Positions 1-8,013 of a stretch of 20,000 bases of DNA are shown piece after piece. Numbering within the stretch: the stretch's first letter is position 1; every line of letters starts with the position of its first letter. The position numbers were made by a program, and so were the translations under genes. The stretch lies in the sequence record SRR20825010_2442; one strand, written 5' to 3'. Under the pieces are notes generated by a model. The model did no database searches, was not told where the DNA came from, and saw nothing but the letters and a program-made list of their open reading frames with translations.

Positions 1-1003
1 GATAGTCCGGCATGTACATCACGTAGGACGGCAACTGGTGGCCGTTGGGTGTGTAGTTCTTGTCGTCCCAAAGTGCCTTGCGCAGCAGATCCCGGTCGAT
101 CGCCATGGACAGGGCCTGACGGACGTTCTTGTCCTTCATGAACGGAGCGTCCTGGTAGAAAACCAGCATATGGGTGTTATCAAGGACGATCTGCTCGACC
201 TGGATATCATCGTAGCCCGCCAGAACCGGAACCTGGTCCGGCGGCACGTTGACGATGATATCGAACTCACCGCTGACCAGACCGGCGATCCGCGCCGAGG
301 TCTCCGGAACCACCCGATAGGTAATCGACTTGGCTGTCGGCTTGCCTCCGAAATAATCGTCATTGGCGTCCAGCTTGACGTATTCGCCATCGACGAACTC
401 GGCCAGCTTGTAGGGTCCGGTTCCAACCGGCGCACGCTTGAAGGACTCGTTGCCCTTCAGCACGTATTCGCGCGCATTGACGATCCAGCTGGCGTAGCCG
501 GCCATCCGCTGCTCGAGCATGACATCGGGCACCTTGCTGACCACGCGAACGGTATAGCGGTCGATCTTCTCGGCATGGCTGATGGTGTCCATGAACCGTT
601 TGCCGGTTGCGACCACCGGTTCTTCACCGATCATCCGCCCCATCGTGAAGGTGAACACCACATCATCGGCAGTCAATTCGTCGCCATTGTGGAACTTGAC
701 GCCCTTGCGCAGCTTGAACTCAATGGTCTTGTCGTCGATCACCGTCCAGCTCTCGGCGAGGCCCGGCACCAGCTTGGAGCCTCCACCCTGACCGTCGGAC
801 AGGAAGTCACGGCGGATCAGCGAGTCAAACATCGAATAGATGAGACGGACATGGATATTCCCCATCCCATCTGCTGGCTCGAGCGTATCGGGAATATCGT
901 TGACGGCAACGACGAGATCGGGTCGGTCGTCTGCAATTGCGGTACCTGCCGATAGCCCAAGAGCCATCAGTCCAGCCGCAGCAAGACGGGTCAAAACTTT
1001 CAT
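1..1003 (-). CDS. ABC transporter substrate-binding protein, family 5 (DppA/OppA-like); 3' end runs off the window
   Basis: Absent from the ORF track because there is no stop in the window. Manual translation from ATG at 1003, with SD AGGAG at ~1013-1017, gives the signal peptide MKVLTRLAAAGLMALGLSAGTAIA, then ...LVPGLAESWTVIDDKTIEFKLRKGVKFHNGDELTADDVVFTF, the SBP family-5 signature. Confidence 0.92.
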   Translation of the reverse strand, partial: MKVLTRLAAAGLMALGLSAGTAIADDRPDLVVAVNDIPDTLEPADGMGNIHVRLIYSMFDSLIRRDFLSDGQGGGSKLVPGLAESWTVIDDKTIEFKLRKGVKFHNGDELTADDVVFTFTMGRMIGEEPVVATGKRFMDTISHAEKIDRYTVRVVSKVPDVMLEQRMAGYASWIVNAREYVLKGNESFKRAPVGTGPYKLAEFVDGEYVKLDANDDYFGGKPTAKSITYRVVPETSARIAGLVSGEFDIIVNVPPDQVPVLAGYDDIQVEQIVLDNTHMLVFYQDAPFMKDKNVRQALSMAIDRDLLRKALWDDKNYTPNGHQLPSYVMYMPDY

Positions 1004-1261
1004 GGATCACGCTCCTGTATGACGAGAGGGCGTAAGATCCTTGGTAAGCGTTTAGTATTTATGATCGAATAAAGGTGTATTTACTGTGGTGTTGCGTCAA
1101 ATTCGCTGCGGAAACATTACAGATTAATGGCGCTATTTTTTGGCGCCGTGAAGATTGATGCATGGCGATACCCCTGAGCTCGAACCTGGATACCAGCCCG
1201 GTGTGAATGCGAAAATCACTCACGGTCTCGGAAGCAAAAGAGTAATGCCGCATTTTGGGCG

Positions 1262-1290
1262 AATGTCCGCTTTGGGTCGGAAGCAGTCAT
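1262..1290. repeat. short imperfect palindromic element AATGTCCGCTTTGGGTCGGAAGCAGTCAT
   Basis: Arms ATGTCCGCTT and AAGCAGTCAT are 8/10 complementary around a TGGGTCGG-type core. It is intergenic and single-copy in this window. Confidence 0.4.
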
Positions 1291-1331
1291 CCGCAACATT
1301 TCCCGTCTCACCGCATTCAATCCCCCCACAT

Positions 1332-1362
1332 AAAAGCGCCGGCCCCATTCGGGACCGGCGCT
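1332..1362 (-). terminator. Rho-independent terminator of the hmu operon
   Basis: Minus-strand RNA AGCGCCGGUCCC-GAAU-GGGGCCGGCGCU is followed by UUUA, ~30 nt after the stop of the last hmu gene. Confidence 0.8.
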
Positions 1363-1392
1363 CCATGCATCTCACATCCGGATCTAAGCTTC

Positions 1393-1707
1393 TCAGAGCT
1401 TCTGCACCGTCTCAAAGCCCTCAAACTGCGGGTGGCCCTGATAGAGCGGTTTCCGGTCGGCGTTGCCTGCGTTGGAGTGAGCCTTGCGGAAATGGTCGGA
1501 CTTGGTCCAGGCGACGAAGGCGTCGTGGTCCTTCCAGAGCGTGTGCGAGGCGTAGAGCGTGTGGTCTTCGGCTTCGGGGCCCTTGAGCAGACGGAACTCG
1601 ACGAAGCCCGGCACCTGATCGAGCTGGGAATCCCGGGTCTTCCAGACAGTCTCGAAATCCTCTTCGGAGCCCTTGGTGACCTTGAAGCGGTTCATGGCGA
1701 TGTACAT
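1393..1707 (-). CDS. hmuQ: IsdG/HmuQ-family heme-degrading monooxygenase (ABM domain)
   Basis: 104 aa with motifs AMNRF, VPGF, W..S..F..AH. Residues N6, W67 and H77 match the IsdG Asn-Trp-His triad. SD AGGAGAG. It is the last gene of the heme operon. Confidence 0.85.
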   Translation of the reverse strand: MYIAMNRFKVTKGSEEDFETVWKTRDSQLDQVPGFVEFRLLKGPEAEDHTLYASHTLWKDHDAFVAWTKSDHFRKAHSNAGNADRKPLYQGHPQFEGFETVQKL

Positions 1708-1743
1708 TCACTCTCTCCTGGTTTTTTTAAACGTATCGGGTTT

Positions 1744-2544
1744 CTAAGCTTCCGGCCCGGCATGTGCGTCCGGGCCATAGACGGGGAGGATGCGCGGCGT
1801 CTGGCCGTCCTCCCGTTCGACGGCAATCTCGGTTTCATAGATGGCACTCAGCCGGTCGGCTGTGAAGACCTCGGCTCCCGCGCCGTCCGCGATCATGCGC
1901 CCGGCATGCATCAGCGCCACCCGGTCGGCGAAGGCGGCGGCGAGGTTGAGGTCGTGCAGCACCACCAGCACCCCCGCCCCCTCGCGGGCCGCCCTTCGGG
2001 CAATGCGCATGGTGGTGATCTGGTGGGCGATGTCGAGGCTCGATGTCGGCTCATCCAGCATCAGGTAGCCGGTATCGGCGCTGTCCGAGGCGGCGAGCTG
2101 CACCAGAACCCGGGCCAGATGGGCCCGGTGGCGCTGGCCGCCGGACAGGATCTGGCAATTGTCGCCGATCCGGTCGGCCAGGCCGACGGAGTGCAGTTTC
2201 CTGGCGATCAGCGCGTCGGCCCGCTCCGGCGGTACGTCGCGCGGAATGGACAGGGACAGCAGCTCACCAACACTGAATCCGGCGGAGAGCGACGGCGATT
2301 GCTCAAGCACCGCGCGGCGCCGGGCCAGCTCCGCCGGCGGCAGGCCGGTGATGATGGCGCCTTCGATAAAAACCTGGCCGCGCTCGGGCTGAAAGTCTCC
2401 GGCCATGGCGGCGAGCAACGTCGACTTACCGGCGCCGTTCGGGCCGCACAAAGCGACCATCTCGCCCGGCCGGACCCGCAGGCTCACATCGCGCAGAACG
2501 GTCGTCTTGCCGAAGCTGACGGTAATTCCCTGGGCTTCAAGCAT
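1744..2544 (-). CDS. hmuV: heme ABC transporter ATP-binding protein
   Basis: Walker A GPNGAGKST, signature LSGGQ, Walker B LMLDEPTSSLDIAHQ and H-loop VLHDLNLAAAFADR. Overlaps the hmuU stop. Confidence 0.93.
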   Translation of the reverse strand: MLEAQGITVSFGKTTVLRDVSLRVRPGEMVALCGPNGAGKSTLLAAMAGDFQPERGQVFIEGAIITGLPPAELARRRAVLEQSPSLSAGFSVGELLSLSIPRDVPPERADALIARKLHSVGLADRIGDNCQILSGGQRHRAHLARVLVQLAASDSADTGYLMLDEPTSSLDIAHQITTMRIARRAAREGAGVLVVLHDLNLAAAFADRVALMHAGRMIADGAGAEVFTADRLSAIYETEIAVEREDGQTPRILPVYGPDAHAGPEA

Positions 2545-3601
2545 TGCCGCCTCCCCTGTTCATGCGGCGCATCAGCAGCCAGAGGAAGAACGGACCGCCG
2601 ATCATGCTGGTGGCGAGCCCGATGGGCGGCTCGGTCGGCGGGACGGCGAGCCGGACCATGAGGTCGGCGCCGAGAATGAGGGCGCCGCCGATCAGGGCCG
2701 CTGCCGGAAGCACATGCCGGTGTGCCGGGCCAACGATCAGCCGGGCCATATGCGGCGCCACCAGCCCGATAAAGCCGATCGGCCCCGCCGCCGCCGTGAC
2801 GGCACCGACCGAGAGCGCGGTCAGCAGCGCAATCCGGCGCTTTTGCCGCTCGATATCGACCCCGGCATGGAAGGCCGCCCGCTCACCAAGCTGGAACAGG
2901 TCGAGGGTTCGTCCCATGCGGAGCAGAAACAGCCCGGAGGCCACCGCCGCCACCGAGGTAACGGCAACCGACATCCAGTTGCCCGACGCGATGGAGCCCA
3001 TCGACCAGAAGGTCAGGTCCCGGAGCTGCTGGTCGTCGCTGATATAGACCATGGCGCCGATCAGGGCGACGGCAATGGCGTTCACCGCCACCCCGGCCAG
3101 GATCAGCATGGCGACGTTCGTGCCGCCGCTCCGGCTGGCGAAGGTGAAGACGAAGCCTGTGACGAGAATACTGCCGACAAAGGCACCGAGCGGCAGGGCA
3201 TAGGGCCGCACGAAGGCCGGCAGATCGCCGATGAAGAAGTTGCCGAGAACGATGACGGTAACGGCGCCGACCGCCGCGCCCGCCGTCACGCCGATCAACC
3301 CCGGATCGGCCAGCGGATTGCGCAGCACGCCCTGCAGCGCGCAACCGGACAGCGCCAGCCCCATGCCGACGGCAAGGCCGAGCACCATGCGGGGCAGCCG
3401 GATCTGCAACAGGATCGCCGTCGGGCCGCGCTCCCCCTCACCGATCAGAACGGAAAACAGATCGGACGGCCCGAGCCGCACCGGGCCGAGGGCGACTTCG
3501 GCAAAAGCCATAAGCACAACCAGCGCGACAAGCGCGCTGAAAAGCGGTCGGCGCCCGAAGACTCCCGCCGCCCGTCTCTGCTGGGCCGTCGTCACAGCCA
3601 C
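2537..3601 (-). CDS. hmuU: heme ABC transporter permease (FecCD family)
   Basis: Motifs IRLPR, LQGVLRNPLADPGLIGV, LTFWSMGS, GPIGFIGLVAPH and PIG...GGPFFLWLL. GTG start. Confidence 0.93.
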   Translation of the reverse strand: MAVTTAQQRRAAGVFGRRPLFSALVALVVLMAFAEVALGPVRLGPSDLFSVLIGEGERGPTAILLQIRLPRMVLGLAVGMGLALSGCALQGVLRNPLADPGLIGVTAGAAVGAVTVIVLGNFFIGDLPAFVRPYALPLGAFVGSILVTGFVFTFASRSGGTNVAMLILAGVAVNAIAVALIGAMVYISDDQQLRDLTFWSMGSIASGNWMSVAVTSVAAVASGLFLLRMGRTLDLFQLGERAAFHAGVDIERQKRRIALLTALSVGAVTAAAGPIGFIGLVAPHMARLIVGPAHRHVLPAAALIGGALILGADLMVRLAVPPTEPPIGLATSMIGGPFFLWLLMRRMNRGGGNA

Positions 3602-3604
3602 CCG

Positions 3605-4453
3605 TCAGCCGTCCTTCTGCTGCAATGCCATCGCCAGCTCCCGGACTGCCTGAGGCAGGCGCGGACCAAAGCTGAACAGCAGGATACCTTCCATGGCAAC
3701 ATAACGCCGGTTCTCACCGGCCGGCGTGAGCTGGAATTCCGGACGCGAGAGCATGACGTCGATATTGCCCATCCGGGTCACCGTCTGGCTCATCATCAGC
3801 AGCACATCTGGCGCGGCGGAGATGATTGCTTCCTGGGACATCGGCTTGTAGCCCTCGAAGCCCGAGGCCGCGTTCACGCCTCCGGCCAGCGCGATGATCG
3901 CGTCCGCGGACGTCTCCGTCCCGCCGACAAGCGGCGCTCCGTCAGCCGTATTCAGCACGAAAATAACGCGCGGGCGCTCCTTGTTTGCATTCGCGATTTC
4001 GAGGGAAGTCTTCATTTCGTCCGCGAGCTTGAGCGCGAGCGCTTCTGCCTCTTCCGGCATTTCCAGAACCTTGCCGACGAAGCGGATCTTCTCCTGCACC
4101 CCGGCGACGGAATCGCCTTTCGGGGCGAGTTCAACCCGCAGACCGGCGGCCCGGAGCTGCTCAAGCGCGGGTGGCGGCCCGGCATCATGCGCGGCAATCA
4201 GCAGATCGGGCTGCAGCGAGAGAATGCCCTCGGCCGCCAGTCCCCGGATATAGCCGATCTGTGCTTTTTCGGACGCGTCAGCCGGGAAATTCGACGTGCT
4301 ATCGAGCCCGATCACCCGGTCGCCGGCACCAAGCTGATAGATGATCTCGGTGATGTCCCCGCCGGCGGAGACGATACGCTGCGGTTCCGCCGCGTGCGCG
4401 CCGCCGGATGCGAGCAGAAAAACCGAAAGCAGTATTCCCCTCAGAAACCTCAT
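3605..4453 (-). CDS. hmuT: periplasmic heme-binding protein
   Basis: Signal peptide ending AHA, then RIVSAGGDITEIIYQLG, DSTS, IGYIRGLAAEGILSLQPD (heme-ligand Tyr), GYKPMS.EA and FGPR. Confidence 0.92.
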   Translation of the reverse strand: MRFLRGILLSVFLLASGGAHAAEPQRIVSAGGDITEIIYQLGAGDRVIGLDSTSNFPADASEKAQIGYIRGLAAEGILSLQPDLLIAAHDAGPPPALEQLRAAGLRVELAPKGDSVAGVQEKIRFVGKVLEMPEEAEALALKLADEMKTSLEIANANKERPRVIFVLNTADGAPLVGGTETSADAIIALAGGVNAASGFEGYKPMSQEAIISAAPDVLLMMSQTVTRMGNIDVMLSRPEFQLTPAGENRRYVAMEGILLFSFGPRLPQAVRELAMALQQKDG

Positions 4454-5517
4454 GCCGCCACTCCCTCGACAAAACCATTGATCAGAGAGAGCCAGGCTTC
4501 CGGCTCTTCCTCGCCTTCACCCCGGACCGGGAAGAACTGGCAAATCACCGTGCCGTCGGCCGCGAAACAGTCGAGAGAGGTGATGTTCAGGCCCTTTTCG
4601 GTCGAGGTCTTACAGACCGCGTAGCAGGCGTCGATCGCCTCGTCTTTCAGATGCAGGTTAAAGCGCGGGTCGAGGATATTGAGCCAGCCGCCCGCGCGCT
4701 TGATCCGATGGATCGGGCCGGAATGAACCTGGATGCAGCCGGGACCGCGCACGAAGCACATGATCGGCAGCCCGCTCTCGGCAACATTGTTCAGCATGTT
4801 TTCAACGGCACTGGCCGGAACGGGATTGGCAAAATCGCTGCCCGCCAGCCGCAAGGCCTGACGGCGCCCTATGCCGAGCTCGGCCAACATACGGGTGAAC
4901 TGGTGCCCGTTGCCGAGACGGCTCCAGCGGCCCCGCAAGTCCTCGACATCGATCTGATCGTCGGGACGTTCCGCCTTAACGGCGTCGGGTGCCTCGAATT
5001 GCAGAGCCTCTGGCGTCAGGTTCGTGAAGTCGCGCGCCAGTGCGACGAACGCGTCCATGTCGGTGCCGGCAACCGCATAGATCTTGAAAGCGGCGGCGCC
5101 GGTCTTGTCGAAGAATTGCAGGGAATGACGCGTGAGCTTCGGTGATGGGTCGGTGACGTAGAAACCCGTCTTCCACTGCCCAAGGAACATCCTGAGATCG
5201 ATTTCCTTGCCGAAGGCCGAGCCCATATGGGTGTTGAACCGCATGTTCTCGAAGGTGCCGGTCTTCTCGTGCACGCAATGCTCGTTGCGTGTGAGGACCA
5301 TGACGTCGCCGACCTCGGGCATGCGCTCGATAAGGCCGGCGACGTCCATGCCGGAGACCGACAACCGGCGGACACTGCCATCGCGCTCTCTCGCCTCCAG
5401 AAGGGCTGCTTCGGGAACGCCGAGCTGTTCGGCTGCTGCCCGAGCCCGGACAAATCCCTGCTCTTCCTTCATACGATTGAGTTCAACCAGCAGTTCTTCC
5501 GCCGATCTGGCCGTCAT
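4450..5517 (-). CDS. hmuS: HemS/ChuS/HmuS family heme trafficking/degrading protein
   Basis: Motifs RARAAA..LGV.EA.L, LTRNEHCVHEK.G, IDLRMF, SLQFFD, HQF, GCIQVHSG and WLNILDPRFNLHL fit the two-domain HemS fold. SD GGGAG. Confidence 0.93.
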   Translation of the reverse strand: MTARSAEELLVELNRMKEEQGFVRARAAAEQLGVPEAALLEARERDGSVRRLSVSGMDVAGLIERMPEVGDVMVLTRNEHCVHEKTGTFENMRFNTHMGSAFGKEIDLRMFLGQWKTGFYVTDPSPKLTRHSLQFFDKTGAAAFKIYAVAGTDMDAFVALARDFTNLTPEALQFEAPDAVKAERPDDQIDVEDLRGRWSRLGNGHQFTRMLAELGIGRRQALRLAGSDFANPVPASAVENMLNNVAESGLPIMCFVRGPGCIQVHSGPIHRIKRAGGWLNILDPRFNLHLKDEAIDACYAVCKTSTEKGLNITSLDCFAADGTVICQFFPVRGEGEEEPEAWLSLINGFVEGVAA

Positions 5518-5552
5518 TGTCGTCTCCCGTTTTTATGCGCTGGAGTTCAGCC

Positions 5553-7568
5553 TCAGAACTGATGAGCCAGCGTGATCCGGAACGTACGGCCCATGCCGTT
5601 GTCGCCGGACAGATGCTCGCGATAGGTTTTGTCGAGAATGTTTTCGATGCCGAAGCGGAACTCGGAATCCTGCAGGACGCCTTCGTCCGGCTTCCAGCTG
5701 GCAAAGAGATTGTGCACCGTATAGCCGGAGGTCGGCAGCGTGGTACCGGACACCTTGTCCTGGCCCGCCGCCATGACACCGCGCCAACCGAAATCGACGT
5801 TGTATTCCGGCACCCGGCCACCGACGGTCAGGACGAGTTCGTCCGCCGGGATGGAGTTGAGGTCTGTATCATCCTCCTTATTCTCGCCCCGGATCGCTGT
5901 GTACGCGGCCCGGGTGAAGAAATAGGTGGACTGGTAGGATGCCTCGAACTCGACACCGACAATTTCCGCCTCGCCTACATTGTAGTAGGTGGATCTGGTA
6001 TCCGCTCTTTCGATCAGATCCTTGATCTCGTTATGGAAGATCGTCGCTTTCGCGGTGAAGGCGTCATTCGCAAGAGCGACATCGCGGAACGAAGCTGCGA
6101 CACCACCTTCAACGTTGAAGGACTTTTCAGGATCGAGATTGAGATTGCCGCTTGTCGCGTCAAAGACCTCATCGAGGACCGGCATACGCTCCGTATAGGA
6201 TGCGGAACCGAAAACACCCCAGTTCGGCGTCAGCTGATAGTGAGCCGCGAGTTTCGGCGAGAAAGCCGTATTTTCGACACCCTCGTTTACGCTCAGATTA
6301 CCCGCCGGAGTGAGCTCGGTGTAATCGACGCGCATCCCCGGAATCAGGGTCAGCTTGTCCCAGAGAACGAGTTCGTTCTGGACATAGGCGCCGTATTGCG
6401 CGCTTTCGCCGCCCGGATGGAACGATATGCTACCGGACGCGTTCGTGCTGGATGTTGGCTGATCCGCTGTCCGGGTCTGGAACGCGTAACTGACACCGGT
6501 GATGAGGTAATTCTCGTAATTGTCACCAGTGAATGCAGCAGTGTTCTCAGCCCGCGCTTGCCATGTCTCATAGGCGTAGAACGTGTCCTGGAAAAGCGCG
6601 GAAGTGCTAGTATCCTTGAGTGTGGAATTATACTGATCGACTTCGGTATTCGAGTAGGAACCGAAGAGTTCCAGATCGATCAACGGATTGCCGCTCGGCT
6701 GATAATTATAACTCAGCACACCTGTCTGATCTGTAACATCACGATCGATATTGCCGAATTGGACTGATGTATTGGTCTGCGCGTAATTGTCGTTCTTGTC
6801 CTCGGTCATCCAGTGCTGGTAGGACGCACGGAGCTTGTGCTCCATAGCGGGACCAAACTGATAAGTACCTTTGAGCAGACCGGACGGTGCCTCGAAATCG
6901 GAGCCGGTCACCGCATTGCCGTCTCCATCCTCATATTCACCCGCACGTCGATAGTTAAAGGCGCCGAGCAGATCGAGGCCTTCAACAGGCCGCGCGGCGG
7001 CAATACTGGATGTGAGAAATCCGGACTCATTACTCTGAAACTCGAGCTTCTCGCGAAAACCGAATTTGTCATCGCCTTTCAGATAATCAGCCGCGTCCTT
7101 GGTGGTCACATCGATGACCCCGCCAAGCGCACCCGCACCATAGAGTGTCGAGGATGCCGGTCCACGCAGCACCTCGATGCCCTTGAAGAGCTCAGGATCG
7201 GCAAAGAAAGAGCCCATCCGATACTGTTCATGAAATTTGGTCGCACCATCGACCCGGACAATCAGCCGGTTCTCGTCCGAAGCCCCAAGTGCGCCAATGC
7301 CGCGGATATTGAAGCTTTCACCGAGCACGCGCTCCGATCCGATTGCCTTGACGCCAGGCAGATCCGTCAGCACATCACCGATTGTCGTCGGCTGCGCTGC
7401 ATCCAGATCTTCCTGGTCCACGACGGACACGGATTGCGGCGTTTCGATGGCCACTTTCTCTTTACCCGCTGAAATTACGATACGGTCAAGTTGAGTGGCC
7501 TCGCCGGCATGAGCGGACGACACCACAGCGGTGGCGATAGTCGCCGCCGCAGCAATAGCTAAACGCAT
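5553..7568 (-). CDS. hmuR: TonB-dependent outer-membrane receptor, probably for heme/hemoprotein (HmuR/HemR-like)
   Basis: Signal peptide, TonB box (DRIVISA), plug motifs FNIRG and IEVLRGP..TLYG.GALGGVI, C-terminal ENILDKTY...GRTFRITLAHQF with terminal Phe. It sits between hmuP and hmuS. The substrate is inferred from context. Confidence 0.88.
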   Translation of the reverse strand: MRLAIAAAATIATAVVSSAHAGEATQLDRIVISAGKEKVAIETPQSVSVVDQEDLDAAQPTTIGDVLTDLPGVKAIGSERVLGESFNIRGIGALGASDENRLIVRVDGATKFHEQYRMGSFFADPELFKGIEVLRGPASSTLYGAGALGGVIDVTTKDAADYLKGDDKFGFREKLEFQSNESGFLTSSIAAARPVEGLDLLGAFNYRRAGEYEDGDGNAVTGSDFEAPSGLLKGTYQFGPAMEHKLRASYQHWMTEDKNDNYAQTNTSVQFGNIDRDVTDQTGVLSYNYQPSGNPLIDLELFGSYSNTEVDQYNSTLKDTSTSALFQDTFYAYETWQARAENTAAFTGDNYENYLITGVSYAFQTRTADQPTSSTNASGSISFHPGGESAQYGAYVQNELVLWDKLTLIPGMRVDYTELTPAGNLSVNEGVENTAFSPKLAAHYQLTPNWGVFGSASYTERMPVLDEVFDATSGNLNLDPEKSFNVEGGVAASFRDVALANDAFTAKATIFHNEIKDLIERADTRSTYYNVGEAEIVGVEFEASYQSTYFFTRAAYTAIRGENKEDDTDLNSIPADELVLTVGGRVPEYNVDFGWRGVMAAGQDKVSGTTLPTSGYTVHNLFASWKPDEGVLQDSEFRFGIENILDKTYREHLSGDNGMGRTFRITLAHQF

Positions 7569-7574
7569 TCCAAA

Positions 7575-7656
7575 GCCTCTTCGTCAGGTCGCTGCTTAGC
7601 TGCCTAGCGAAGGGCTGGGTGGCTATTCTATGTCTGAGCCGGAGAAACCCTCCGGC
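7575..7656 (-). promoter_or_regulatory. structured hmuP-receptor intergenic leader (candidate HmuP-responsive element)
   Basis: Hairpin GCCGGAG-N5-CUCCGGC (7638-7656), five AGC triplets in ~35 nt, and a stem (7575-7615) whose 3' arm contains the receptor SD (GAGG). Confidence 0.5.
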
Positions 7657-7664
7657 GGGTTAAC

Positions 7665-7859
7665 TCATTTCGTGAGGATCAACTTGTTGTTGTTCGTCAC
7701 ACGAAGTCTGTATTCGGAACCGTTGAACAGCAGGAAAACCTCCCGGTCATCCCCCATCAGGTCACTGACGAGAATGCGGTTCTTTTCATCCGAATGATGT
7801 GTTTCAGCGCCGGTCGATGATGCTCTGTCCGGCTCGTCCGAGGGTGTCCCCGCCAACAA
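7665..7859 (-). CDS. hmuP: hemin uptake regulator HemP/HmuP
   Basis: The C-terminus YRLRVTNNNKLILTK* is the HemP hallmark. The start is probably TTG at 7859 or 7856, behind SD GGAGGAG; ATG at 7874 is an alternative. The track start at 7967 lies inside the operator and is unlikely. Confidence 0.9.
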   Translation of the reverse strand: MLAGTPSDEPDRASSTGAETHHSDEKNRILVSDLMGDDREVFLLFNGSEYRLRVTNNNKLILTK

Positions 7860-7949
7860 CTCGGCTCCTCCCATAAGAATGTCACGAACGTATAGCGGCC
7901 ACCGCCAGACGTTATGATGCTGTAATAAACGAAGCTTCCTGCAAATACA

Positions 7950-7968
7950 AATGCAAATCATTCGCATT
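7950..7968. promoter_or_regulatory. Fur-type 9-1-9 operator upstream of hmuP
   Basis: AATGCAAAT-C-ATTCGCATT has one mismatch from a perfect palindrome and is preceded by extra (G/A)CAAAT hexamers from 7941. It is near-identical to the site at 11074. Confidence 0.8.
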
Positions 7969-8013
7969 AGTAAAAACGTATGACGCTCAACCGGTCAGAC
8001 GGCGCGCCTCTTC

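Noticed and set aside
38-955. 305-aa plus-strand ORF
   Set aside because: It is the antisense shadow of the minus-strand SBP gene, which has clear family motifs, a signal peptide and an SD.
1040-1150. AT-rich region with TTTAT-N6-ATAAA and a possible sigma54 motif upstream of the SBP gene
   Set aside because: It is probably the promoter, but the GG-to-GC spacing is 12 rather than 10 and the short AT palindrome could be chance, so no specific call is supportable.
1255-4624. Long plus-strand ORFs of 468 aa and 739 aa
   Set aside because: They are antisense to hmuQ/V/U/T, are Arg/Gly/His-rich with no recognisable motifs, and are typical of high-GC codon bias.
5517-7472. Plus-strand ORFs of 416 aa and 219 aa
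   Set aside because: They are antisense shadows of the TonB-dependent receptor.
7875-7967. N-terminal extension of hmuP (MRMICICICRK...) resembling a Cys-rich metal sensor
   Set aside because: It is a translation of the Fur-box hexamer repeats. There is no SD, and the real start is downstream behind GGAGGAG.
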